IMG/VR virus record: IMGVR_UViG_3300044844_000428
Reading direction: 5' to 3' (one strand)
DNA length: 64,000 bases
From: a virus
Positions 47,888 to 57,143 of the stretch are shown here, in pieces. Position 1 is the stretch's first letter. Every line of letters starts with the position of its first letter. The position numbers and the translations under genes were made by a program. A model generated the notes under the pieces. That model searched no databases and had not been told where the DNA came from. It was given only the letters and a program-made list of their open reading frames with translations.

Positions 47888-48597
47888 TCATCTTCCTCGT
47901 TGAGGTAGAACCGTATAAGATTTTTCCGGGTCCACGTTGTTAACATTCTTAATTTTCATCCGTTTTGTCTTATATGGCGAAGTCCATTTTGTGCCATCAT
48001 ATGTTGGTGAATATTCAAAACAATTCCATTGTCCATCAGCATCCTTTGCTATATATCGAGCCCAATATGGGTAAATCTCAACGGAAGTTGTCATCGTAAA
48101 ATTCCATAATGATAATTGTAAAGATAATAATGGCAGCAATCATCGTAGTATTAGTAATCATTTTTGTAGTCTCCTAATTCGTAATCTTCATAAATGTAAA
48201 GGCGATATGGAAATTGCACATTACCAGCATTGCAATAATTTCCACTATAGAATCGATCAACAACTCCAGTTACTAATTTGATGCCATATTCCTGTTCGAA
48301 TTTTATCTTATCTTCATATAGAACATCGGTAAAGTTACCTTCAATATAAATTGGCAGTTTTGCTTTATAATATGACCAAGCTCCAAGATATTCATTTGCA
48401 TGATAGAATTGAAATAAATTAGATTCTTTTACTAGTTCTTCATAATCATTATTGTTCTTAATGGTTAAGGTGTAACCACTTTTAGGTTCAAGTTCACGAT
48501 AAGTAGTATTGGACAAAATATTTTTATGTTCAGTAAAATAATTACCACTAAAATAATCCTGAACTTCAATAATTTCTGGAAAGTTTTCAATTCTCAT
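47888..48597 (-). other. two hypothetical ORFs (47888-48139, 48151-48597)
   Basis: ORF track, packed run. Confidence 0.55.
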
Positions 48598-48992
48598 TAT
48601 TCAACTCCTAAATCAACAGTACGAATTTTTCTACAAATGTGGAGTTCTGTCATTGGTCCATAACTAATTCCCATTGTAGATCTTCCCCATATTTGGTCAT
48701 ATAGGTATTTAGTACTCGACCAATGAGCTCCTAATGAAAATTCTTCTTCTGGAAGAGTGTCAAAAATGAAATCCCATTCTTCAATAGTTGGTAAACGATA
48801 GTCATAATGACGTTCTTCATCTAATGTTCCTGTTAGTATCAATGGTCTATCAATGCAAGTTTTCCAAGTTTCAGAATATTCAGTTTCTTTACAAGCAAGA
48901 ATTATGTGCGATTGTTTGCCATTTGGGTATGAAAATTTTCCGACATATATTTCGTCTTTATAATATGTAGTCATGATGTAGTTCCTCTTCAA
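48597..48992 (-). CDS. DUF1566-like protein
   Basis: YRLPTIEE...HWSST motifs. Confidence 0.55.
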   Translation of the reverse strand: MKRNYIMTTYYKDEIYVGKFSYPNGKQSHIILACKETEYSETWKTCIDRPLILTGTLDEERHYDYRLPTIEEWDFIFDTLPEEEFSLGAHWSSTKYLYDQIWGRSTMGISYGPMTELHICRKIRTVDLGVE

Positions 48993-49042
48993 GTTTATTT
49001 AGTATGAGTCTATTATATACATGTTCCGTGAATATGTACACT

Positions 49043-49333
49043 TTATTTTTCAGTTTGTCCGGTTATTTTTAGCCATAGATTATGAACATAGATTGATGAA
49101 ACTAATCCTAAAGCACCTCCAATGATATAACATGCGGATTCTGCTAGTCCAGCATTTGGTGTTGCTTTGTATAAGAATAATTGTAAAGAACCTACCATTA
49201 ATGCGGTGCAGAATGACGGTAGTACTTCCTTATTTTTGACTAATTGTGATTGAACTCCTAATAACATTATTATGAAAAACGATGAGAAGAAGAGTGTAAC
49301 CATTGAAACTATTTGATCTGAAATGCACAACAT
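49043..49333 (-). CDS. small membrane protein
   Basis: Three hydrophobic segments. Confidence 0.65.
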   Translation of the reverse strand: MLCISDQIVSMVTLFFSSFFIIMLLGVQSQLVKNKEVLPSFCTALMVGSLQLFLYKATPNAGLAESACYIIGGALGLVSSIYVHNLWLKITGQTEK

Positions 49334-49341
49334 ATATGTCC

Positions 49342-49776
49342 TTAAATCTTTTTTCCAATAGTTTTAGCATCTGTTTCATCAGTGATATACTGATAACTTC
49401 CCTTATTATATGCTATTCCTATTCTTTTGGAATTACGAATAATTTTTTCTGCAGTATCACCCGTAATTTTTCCTTGTGTTACTTTTTCTACCATTGAATT
49501 TTTACCTAGACTAGCTTTAGAATTTCCTATCAATGATGGTATATTATCTTTAGTTGCCCAACAAGGTCTTCCAACTATTATTGCTTTGTTAGATGCTTTA
49601 GGTTTAGGAGTTTTACCAAAAACCCAATTAGTATATTCGTCAAACGTCATTTTCAATTTTGGTTGGCCTCTGTATTGTTTATTAAAGTCCATCCAATCCT
49701 GTTTTAATTTGGCTTCTTTTGATAATTTCTTATTCATTATAATTCCCATTTGAGTTAGTATGGTATCATTATACAC
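49342..49776 (-). CDS. conserved hypothetical protein
   Basis: IAYNKGSYQYIT; start probably MNKKL. Confidence 0.65.
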   Translation of the reverse strand: MYNDTILTQMGIIMNKKLSKEAKLKQDWMDFNKQYRGQPKLKMTFDEYTNWVFGKTPKPKASNKAIIVGRPCWATKDNIPSLIGNSKASLGKNSMVEKVTQGKITGDTAEKIIRNSKRIGIAYNKGSYQYITDETDAKTIGKKI

Positions 49777-49796
49777 TAATTTTCCAGATTGTACAC

Positions 49797-49824
49797 AAAA
49801 AAAAGCTCAATATTTAATTGAGCT
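49797..49824 (-). terminator. terminator of the tRNA cluster
   Basis: AGCTCAA/TTGAGCT hairpin with U8. Confidence 0.75.
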
Positions 49825-49850
49825 ATAGTGTGTCACCTTAGGAGAGTGAT

Positions 49851-49924
49851 TGGAGCGGGATAAGGGAATCAAACCCTTACTAGGAGATTGGAAATCTGCT
49901 GTTCTATCATTAAACTAATCCCGC
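49851..49924 (-). tRNA. tRNA-Gly(TCC)
   Basis: Cloverleaf folded by hand, encoded CCA; A19/U56 and C28:C42 deviations. Confidence 0.85.
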
Positions 49925-49982
49925 AATATAAAGGGCGTATTCTGTTTTTAACGTGGGCCACGCCTAGCACCATTTCTACATT

Positions 49983-50058
49983 TGGAGCCACTGAAAGGAA
50001 TCGAACCCTCAACCCCCTGATTACAAGTCAGGTGCTCTACCAATTGAGCTACAGTGGC
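49983..50058 (-). tRNA. tRNA-Thr(TGT)
   Basis: Canonical cloverleaf, CCA. Confidence 0.95.
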
Positions 50059-50075
50059 ATTTAAAATTTATTAGG

Positions 50076-50149
50076 GGTGACTAGTGGGACTTGAACCCAC
50101 AAAATCTCGAATCACAATCGAGGACGTCTACCAATTCCGTCATAGTCAC
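50076..50149 (-). tRNA. tRNA-His(GTG)
   Basis: Cloverleaf, C73, no encoded CCA, T at -1. Confidence 0.9.
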
Positions 50150-50170
50150 ACCTAATAAATCTTTGTAAAG

Positions 50171-50254
50171 TGGTGGAGATCCCTGGATTCGAACCAGGTG
50201 CCCTTTGGGCACGGGTTTACAGCCCGCTGCAGTCGCCTATGCCGCTCGACCTCC
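50171..50254 (-). tRNA. tRNA-Tyr(GTA)
   Basis: Long variable arm, CCA; G8/C14. Confidence 0.9.
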
Positions 50255-50263
50255 ATTATTTCG

Positions 50264-50271
50264 TATTTATA
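50264..50271 (-). promoter_or_regulatory. late promoter inside tRNA cluster
   Basis: TATAAATA 10 nt upstream of tRNA-Tyr. Confidence 0.55.
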
Positions 50272-50273
50272 AT

Positions 50274-50348
50274 TGGACTCCATGATCGGATTTGAACCGA
50301 TACCACAAGGTTTTGCAGACCTGCACACTACCATTATGCTACATGGAG
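50274..50348 (-). tRNA. tRNA-Cys(GCA)
   Basis: Cloverleaf, U73, CCA. Confidence 0.9.
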
Positions 50349-50354
50349 AAATTA

Positions 50355-50489
50355 TAATGTGCTTGTCTTTCCAAGCTGTCACCAGTCCACTCATTGTGCA
50401 CAAGCTGGTTTGGTGCACTCCTATCTTATTTAATTCCCGATAGGCTAAGGAGAAACAAGAACCCCGACCCTTACGGTTAGGCTTGTATT
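50355..50489 (-). ncRNA. candidate structured RNA between tRNAs
   Basis: GC-rich with several hairpins; no tRNA fold. Confidence 0.4.
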
Positions 50490-50565
50490 TGGTGCCCCCA
50501 CCAGGACTTGAACCTGGAACCTACCGATTATGAGTCGGGTGCTCTACCAATTGAGCTAAAGGGGC
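50490..50565 (-). tRNA. tRNA-CAT, probably Ile2 (lysidine type)
   Basis: Anticodon CAT, C4-G69/C5-G68, paired 1-72, resembles enterobacterial ileX. Confidence 0.8.
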
Positions 50566-50572
50566 GTGTTAA

Positions 50573-50764
50573 TTATACAAATTTTAATTTATAGTCCAAA
50601 GTTTTCATTGCTTTTTTAGCGTGTTTCATTGCTTCAGTTTTTGTTCTTCCATTAAAAAACGATATTTTCATGGAGTAACCATCATCAGTAGGAACGTATA
50701 CCTTAACAACGAAAAAGCTTTTTGGCAATTTTGTTTCAGAAACTTCAGCTTTTATACTTTTCAT
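50573..50764 (-). CDS. small basic protein (paralog 1)
   Basis: KVYVP...FNGRTKTEA. Confidence 0.7.
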   Translation of the reverse strand: MKSIKAEVSETKLPKSFFVVKVYVPTDDGYSMKISFFNGRTKTEAMKHAKKAMKTLDYKLKFV

Positions 50765-50782
50765 ATGTATTTACTCAATTCT

Positions 50783-50983
50783 CTAAATAAATTTTATCTT
50801 GAAGCCTTTAACTTTTAAAGTATTTCTTGCCTTTTGTTTTGCTTCAGTTTTGGTATTACCATTGAAGTACATCTTATCCATTGAGATACAACCTTCGATT
50901 GGAATATAAACTTTTGCAGTGAACGATTTACCCATATAACTTTTTACTTCTAAAACTTCAGCTTCTACAGTTTGGGTTTTCAT
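50783..50983 (-). CDS. small basic protein (paralog 2)
   Basis: KVYIP...FNGNTKTEA; cassette promoter at 51012-51050. Confidence 0.7.
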   Translation of the reverse strand: MKTQTVEAEVLEVKSYMGKSFTAKVYIPIEGCISMDKMYFNGNTKTEAKQKARNTLKVKGFKIKFI

Positions 50984-51058
50984 AATTTAATTCCTCATCA
51001 ATGTTATTTAATATGAGTCTATTATACTATATCATTGTTGCAAAGTAAACATTTATTT

Positions 51059-52771
51059 TCAAATAATTACACTAAAATCATTTCTTTTTTCTACCGTTAA
51101 TACTCTGTCAAATTTATCCACTATTTGATCTATATTGTGGCTAATAACGAACACATTACAAATATCACCAAGTTGAGTCAATAAATTTATAATGAAATCT
51201 GTACCATTAACATCAAGACTACCATCTAATACCTCATCCAGTAATAATAGATTAGTATTTGCAGAGTTCTTAAGTTTTGCTATTTCTCTCCATGCAAACA
51301 GTAATGCCAAATCTATGCGATTCTTTTCACCTTCAGAAAAGCTAGAATATGTAAAATCGTCGCGGTGTCTGGATTTTATAGTTTCTGAGAATGTTTCATC
51401 AAGTTCAAATTTAACATAAAAATCCATTGCAGAAAGGTACTTATTTATTAGTGTATTCATTACTGGTAAGTATTCACGAATAACTGCAGATTTTATACCA
51501 GTATCTTTTAAAAGAATTGATGATATGTCTTCAATATTTCTTCTTTCTTGTAGAGAAGTTTTTTGTTTAACATTTTCCATAGCAATGTTTGCTAATTCTT
51601 TTAATTTTAATTTCTCTTTATCTATATCACCCTTGTCTAATTGGAGGTTATCAATGTCAGATTGTAGTGATCTGTTTTGAGAAGTTAATATTTCTAATTT
51701 TGAATTGTAAGTATATATTTCATTTCTCAATTGACGAATTTTATTATCTATTTGCTCTATTTCTTTTTGTCTTTGAACATAACTAGTAATCTCTGAAGTT
51801 ATGCTTTCAATTTCTGATTTGTTCATTTCATATTCTAAGACTAGATTGTCCTTTATGGAAAATTTATGTTCATGAGGGATTTCTTGTGAACACTGAGGAC
51901 AGTTTTCATTATTGTCAAAGAATTTTATAGTCTTATCCAATAGATCATTATTATGAGTATGAGTTCTTAATAAAGATTTAGCATGTGATATGACTTCAGT
52001 GAGTGTATTTGCATCGGATATGCTCATTACTAATGAATCAACTTCAGATTCAATTTTTGATATAGATTCATTAGTATCGTTAATCTCAGTAATATTACTA
52101 TCTATTCTTGTTCTGATACTATCAACATGTTTATTTTTGCTAGTTTCTAAATTCTTTATTATGGACTTTTGGCTTTCAATTTCAGACTTTGATCTATTAA
52201 TAGTATTGTCTACTAATTCCAATTCTCTTTTAGTGGTTTGGATCTTTTCTTTTAGTAGAGAATTCATAGTACTAAAAATACGGATGTCAAGAATATCTTC
52301 TATGACTTCTCTTCTGTTCCCTGTTGATAATTGCATGAAAGGAACGAATGATGATGAACCAAGGATTACCACTTGAGTGAATGCTCGATAATTCATTTTA
52401 AGAATTTGTTGTTCAAGGATTAGTTGATAATCTTTTAATGCCGCATCTTGTGTTAATAATTCTTCATTTTTGTATATTTCAAAAATGTTTGGTTTTATTC
52501 CACGAATTACTTTGTAAGAACTTCCATTGGTATCAAATTCTACTGAAACTTTAGTATTTTTTCCATTGATAGAATTTATCAATTGGTTCTTACTGATGCT
52601 TCTGAATGATTTCCCGAATAACACGAAAGTTAATGCATCAAGAACTGTTGATTTTCCATTACCATTTTTTCCTATAATAAGAGTAGTGTTATGACTATCT
52701 AATTGGATTCTGTTAGGAACATTACCGGTAGATAATAAATTTGACCATTCTATTGACTTGAACTGTATCAT
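51059..52771 (-). CDS. 46: recombination endonuclease ATPase subunit (Rad50-like)
   Basis: GKNGNGKST, CPQC hook, FSEGEK, LLLDEVLDGSLD, VISH. Confidence 0.97.
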   Translation of the reverse strand: MIQFKSIEWSNLLSTGNVPNRIQLDSHNTTLIIGKNGNGKSTVLDALTFVLFGKSFRSISKNQLINSINGKNTKVSVEFDTNGSSYKVIRGIKPNIFEIYKNEELLTQDAALKDYQLILEQQILKMNYRAFTQVVILGSSSFVPFMQLSTGNRREVIEDILDIRIFSTMNSLLKEKIQTTKRELELVDNTINRSKSEIESQKSIIKNLETSKNKHVDSIRTRIDSNITEINDTNESISKIESEVDSLVMSISDANTLTEVISHAKSLLRTHTHNNDLLDKTIKFFDNNENCPQCSQEIPHEHKFSIKDNLVLEYEMNKSEIESITSEITSYVQRQKEIEQIDNKIRQLRNEIYTYNSKLEILTSQNRSLQSDIDNLQLDKGDIDKEKLKLKELANIAMENVKQKTSLQERRNIEDISSILLKDTGIKSAVIREYLPVMNTLINKYLSAMDFYVKFELDETFSETIKSRHRDDFTYSSFSEGEKNRIDLALLFAWREIAKLKNSANTNLLLLDEVLDGSLDVNGTDFIINLLTQLGDICNVFVISHNIDQIVDKFDRVLTVEKRNDFSVII

Positions 52772-53829
52772 AATGACTCCTGAGCTTCCAAATATAATGT
52801 TCTAAGAAATAGTTTAATATCAGACTTGTTAGATTCATCGGCAATAGAATCAATATAATTTTCTAATACATCAAGAGTATTTTCTATATTGATGGATTCT
52901 GAATCAATATCTCCTTCAGAGAAATCTGAAAGGTCTTCCAGTATTTTTAGTTCGTGAATATTAGAGTCATATAACTTGTTAATAAATTGGTCAAATTTAT
53001 AAAAGTCAGTTTTCTTTACTACTATGATTTTGATATACTTTTGACGAAACTGTTCAATATCAATCTTACCATAGTCTATCAATTCATCATTGTATTCATG
53101 GCGTAGGAACATAGTATATGGGTTCTCGATGAATTCAATTTGTCTAGTTACTGTATCAAATACATGGAACCCCTTTTGGTCGTTCAAGTCGGCATAGGTG
53201 TTTTCGTATGGAGTTCCAACATAAAGAATATTATCTTTATCAGACCTTGTATGAAAGTGTCCAGATAATACCTTTTCATACTTTGCAAATATATTAGTAC
53301 GTATTCCATCGTGAGATTCCATACCTTTCTGCATTGAGAATCCTTGAATTTCAAAATGACCAAAGCATAAATCTGAGTTACTATTAAGCATAAACTCAAA
53401 TGTATCTAACTCATTATCTTTACATATCCAAGGTATAACATCAATGGTCGTATCATCAAACATAACCTTAGTAGGTTTGTCATACATATGAACATTATCA
53501 AATTCACCAAGCAACAATCCCGTTGAGTTTATTGATAAGGATTCTCTGTAATACAAATCGTGGTTGCCGAGAAGGGTATGGAAAGCAATTCCTGCTTCCT
53601 GCAACGGTTTGAATAAAAACCTCTTACTCTCGGCCAATGAAAGAAAATCTATAGAACGTCTCTTGTCAAAAAGGTCTCCTAGTTGGAATACAGTTTTGAT
53701 GTCATTATCCGCTAGATATGGCATAAATACGTTAGTATAAAATTTATCAAAATACGAGATAAATTTAGGATTCGCATTACGAATTCCGAGGTGGCTATCG
53801 CCGAGTATACAGATTTTAATTGGATTCAC
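52768..53829 (-). CDS. 47: recombination endonuclease nuclease subunit (Mre11-like)
   Basis: GDSHLG, LGDLFD, GNHD, GHFE, SGHFH. Confidence 0.96.
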   Translation of the reverse strand: MNPIKICILGDSHLGIRNANPKFISYFDKFYTNVFMPYLADNDIKTVFQLGDLFDKRRSIDFLSLAESKRFLFKPLQEAGIAFHTLLGNHDLYYRESLSINSTGLLLGEFDNVHMYDKPTKVMFDDTTIDVIPWICKDNELDTFEFMLNSNSDLCFGHFEIQGFSMQKGMESHDGIRTNIFAKYEKVLSGHFHTRSDKDNILYVGTPYENTYADLNDQKGFHVFDTVTRQIEFIENPYTMFLRHEYNDELIDYGKIDIEQFRQKYIKIIVVKKTDFYKFDQFINKLYDSNIHELKILEDLSDFSEGDIDSESINIENTLDVLENYIDSIADESNKSDIKLFLRTLYLEAQESL

Positions 53830-53902
53830 CTTTATGATTTATGTTACTTTACTTATTATACTATAGAGTTATCTAAAAGTAAATAGCAGAGATTTCAATT
53901 AT

Positions 53903-53910
53903 TATAAATA
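53903..53910 (+). promoter_or_regulatory. late promoter for homing endonuclease
   Basis: TATAAATA, AGGAG RBS before 53970. Confidence 0.7.
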
Positions 53911-53969
53911 GTTATAGGTCACGATACTAGACATATCTACCTATTCTAAAACTTTCAAGGAGTATCAGC

Positions 53970-54764
53970 ATGAATATTTATACCTCAATAATTCCAACTC
54001 GTCTTTATATTAAGCAACATTCAATAACCAAAAAGAAATATTTTGGCAAGACTACTAGAGACCCATACAAATATAATGGTTCTGGCGAATATTGGTCCAA
54101 ACATATCAAGAAGCATGGCAAAAGATTTGTAGAAACTATCTGGATATCAGATTTGTATTATGATACATCTATCTCGGACTATGCTCTTCATTTCTCAGTC
54201 GAAAATGATATAGTTAATTCTAAAGAATGGGCTAATCAAAAACCAGAAAATGGGTTAGATGGGGGTGCTATGTCTAAAGATTCAGCAGCAAAATTATCGA
54301 CATCTTGGGCAAATAAATTAGAGGCAGAAAAACATATTATTATATCAAAACGTATATCCACTAGAAACGCTAAATCGGAAGAGGAATTATTAGCATCAAA
54401 TATGTTGATGAAACTAAGCATAGCCTCCAGAACTCCTGAGCAAGAACAAACTAGAAAATTGAAAGAAAAAATTACCAAGGATTCTAAGTCTATAGAAGAA
54501 AAACAAGCATCATTACAAAAACAAGTAGATTCTTATAATTCTAGAACGATAGAACAAAAACTAGAAACTAAAATAAAGAAACAACATAAACGAGACAATA
54601 AATCTTCTCAAGAACTGAAAGAAATAGAATTAAAAAAGAAAGAAACTAGAAAGAAAAACGGAACTGGAGGTAAAATTCCGTTCCTTTCTATGATCCATAA
54701 TAAAAAAACCTACGATAAAGGAAATTTATCAAAATGGTATCCAGAATTCAAACAGTTCTATTGA
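53970..54764 (+). CDS. free-standing GIY-YIG-like (Seg-type) homing endonuclease
   Basis: RLYIKQH...KYFGKT, Y.GSG.YW, WAN..PENGLDGG; repetitive basic C-terminus; antisense insertion between 55 and 47. Confidence 0.75.
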   Translation: MNIYTSIIPTRLYIKQHSITKKKYFGKTTRDPYKYNGSGEYWSKHIKKHGKRFVETIWISDLYYDTSISDYALHFSVENDIVNSKEWANQKPENGLDGGAMSKDSAAKLSTSWANKLEAEKHIIISKRISTRNAKSEEELLASNMLMKLSIASRTPEQEQTRKLKEKITKDSKSIEEKQASLQKQVDSYNSRTIEQKLETKIKKQHKRDNKSSQELKEIELKKKETRKKNGTGGKIPFLSMIHNKKTYDKGNLSKWYPEFKQFY

Positions 54765-54773
54765 ATGCAATCT

Positions 54774-55316
54774 TCATACTAATTCTCCGTATAATGAATC
54801 AAGAGTAGAAGTGCTTAATAATTTCTCTTTTAATACTTTATCTTTTTTTAATACTTCTGGCTGTTCAACATTAGAAAATTGTTGTAAGAATTCTCTGTAA
54901 GAATTCACAAATTCTACGTCGTCATCATGCCCCTGCAGATCTAAGACTTTATTTCCAACAGATTGTATAATTTTGTGTTTAAGAAGAAATTGATGTTTTT
55001 CTTTTGCAATTCTTCTAAGATAAGCAAAATAGACTATTTGAGTAAAGTATGCAAATGGATTAGAATATTTTTCGTGATCGAATTTATCAAAGTATAGTAT
55101 GCAGTTTTCAATAGCATCAGAAATCATTTCGTCTTTGAATGAATAACCATTAAAATTGCCTTTTGCTGCTAATTTTGAGGCGATTAGTAAGATACATTCA
55201 CCAAGGTATTCAGTAATGACTGGTTTAGGAAGACCCTGTTCCTCTGATAATTTTAATAGTTGTTTTCTTTCTACAATAGCTTCATAGAAGGCTTTGTTGT
55301 CTATATAATCTGCCAT
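54774..55316 (-). CDS. 55: late sigma factor
   Basis: YIDNKAF, NFNGYSFKDEMISDAIENC, NPFAYFTQI, RRIAKEK. Confidence 0.96.
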   Translation of the reverse strand: MADYIDNKAFYEAIVERKQLLKLSEEQGLPKPVITEYLGECILLIASKLAAKGNFNGYSFKDEMISDAIENCILYFDKFDHEKYSNPFAYFTQIVYFAYLRRIAKEKHQFLLKHKIIQSVGNKVLDLQGHDDDVEFVNSYREFLQQFSNVEQPEVLKKDKVLKEKLLSTSTLDSLYGELV

Positions 55317-55596
55317 GATATAACTCCAATTAGTTTTGTATTCTTTATTATATAATGCAAACACACATTTGTAAACATTATGATTTTCGTAAGATAGTCA
55401 GAACCGTGTGTTTTTCATGAAATTACTAGTAATAGAATCATTGACTTAGGGACTAGTTTTTCATGATTTTCTTGAAGATGATGGAATATATGTCTTATTT
55501 TTAAAAAAGCTTGTCTGGTTGACCCGTTCTGAATAAATCCATTACATATCATTAACTTATATTAAAGTTACCATTTTCATTAAAAATAATTATTTC

Positions 55597-55660
55597 ATAA
55601 TGTTTACTTTTGACCAGAAGTGATGTATAATTCTATTAACTGGTTTTATCAATACTAATT
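55597..55660 (+). repeat. antisense promoter-like element, copy 2
   Basis: Homologous to 28638-28700. Confidence 0.85.
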
Positions 55661-57143
55661 AAAGATTAATATTAATAATTTTCATATCAAATTCTTCATT
55701 TGTATAAGTCTTAATTCTTTCTGCTAAATGACCTAAAGTATGATTAGATTTTGATTTATAAGAAAAGTTATCAGCAATGTCATACAGATTACAACTATTC
55801 TTTCCTTCTTTTAATCTTAGTCCTCTACCAATGGATTGTAAATTTCTAATTTTTGATTTTGAAGGACTAGAGAAGATAATATTTTCTATTGATGGCATAT
55901 TTACACCAGTAGACATTGTTCCAAAACTTGCAAGAATAATAGCATTAGATTCTTTTTCAGCAGTATGTCTTATTAGTTCTCTTTCTTCTGTAGCAGTTTC
56001 ACCACTTATATAATAAACTTTTCTATTGTTGTCTATTTTTTCATTAATCATTTTTTGTAATACTTTTCCGTGTTTCTCAACAAATTGGAAAAGTATTAGA
56101 GTATTTCCTGACTGTTGTAATGCTAAATTGACTATGAATTTATTACGTTTTTCATTTGAAATAATATAGTCCATTTCTGCTTGGTATTTAGCAGAGCACA
56201 TAATCTTTCTAATTTCTTCAGGGTATTTTAACAACAAACATTTTATAGAAAGATTGACTACTCGGTTTGAATCCATTAATTCTTTAGTAGTAATTACTCG
56301 GTGAACTGGACCAAGTATTCCTTCTAATTGAAGTTGTGAAATTTGTGTATTGTCTATTGTACCAGTAGTTCCAATTCTATACTTTACATCTGTCATTTTT
56401 TCAAACATTGAAGTTTGACTTGTAGCCTTTGCTAAATGTGCTTCATCTGAAATTACTACGTCAAATTGATTACACCATTCTTTGGACAATTTAAATGTTG
56501 ATTGCCATGTTGTTAATAGTACGTTTTTTTTGAAATCCTTAGACAGCCCTGAATATAATTTTTGACAGTTGTTCTCAGTTGACCAACCATTATGAGAAGA
56601 ATAATCCACAAAATCTGAGTATAATTGTTCTACTAATGACGTATTAGGAACGATTATTAGACACTTTAAATTCTTTGCAGTGAACCATCTTATTAGAGTG
56701 TAAATGATTGCTGATTTTCCACTTGAAGTAGGGCTTATTAGTAATGTTCTGCATTCATTCAATGCCTTATGTATTGCATTGAATTGATAATCGCGTAATT
56801 CTATTGGCTTATTCTTTGAATGAAGTTTCAATAATTTAGCAAAATCTTCTACATGATTTAGCTTTATTCCATTGTCGTAAGTAATTCCGTCATCAATTTG
56901 TAATTCATAATCATTTCTTTCTGCAAATTCTTTTACATAATTTATTAGTCCAGCATATAGGGTTTTTGTTTGAGTATTATAAAGTCTGCAATATCCATCC
57001 CATATTTTGGCTTTAAATTTGGGCATGTACTTTGCTCCAGGAACCGCAAATTTAAAAAACTCTGAAAGTTCCTGTTCAACTCCTCTGTCAGAGAATATTC
57101 TAATAAAGGCTTCATTGTATTTTTCGACTTTAATAATTGTCAT
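55659..57143 (-). CDS. uvsW: RNA-DNA/DNA helicase
   Basis: SPTSSGKS, DEAH, GTTGT, LQSIGRGLR. Confidence 0.96.
   Translation of the reverse strand: MTIIKVEKYNEAFIRIFSDRGVEQELSEFFKFAVPGAKYMPKFKAKIWDGYCRLYNTQTKTLYAGLINYVKEFAERNDYELQIDDGITYDNGIKLNHVEDFAKLLKLHSKNKPIELRDYQFNAIHKALNECRTLLISPTSSGKSAIIYTLIRWFTAKNLKCLIIVPNTSLVEQLYSDFVDYSSHNGWSTENNCQKLYSGLSKDFKKNVLLTTWQSTFKLSKEWCNQFDVVISDEAHLAKATSQTSMFEKMTDVKYRIGTTGTIDNTQISQLQLEGILGPVHRVITTKELMDSNRVVNLSIKCLLLKYPEEIRKIMCSAKYQAEMDYIISNEKRNKFIVNLALQQSGNTLILFQFVEKHGKVLQKMINEKIDNNRKVYYISGETATEERELIRHTAEKESNAIILASFGTMSTGVNMPSIENIIFSSPSKSKIRNLQSIGRGLRLKEGKNSCNLYDIADNFSYKSKSNHTLGHLAERIKTYTNEEFDMKIININL

Noticed and set aside
49935-49970. Pistol or HDV-like ribozyme in the tRNA spacer
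   Set aside because: CGUGG/CCACG-UUAAA resembles pistol but lacks the pseudoknot loop; no HDV P1 pairing found.
50152-50418. 88-aa minus-strand ORF
   Set aside because: Overlaps tRNA-Tyr and tRNA-Cys; spurious.
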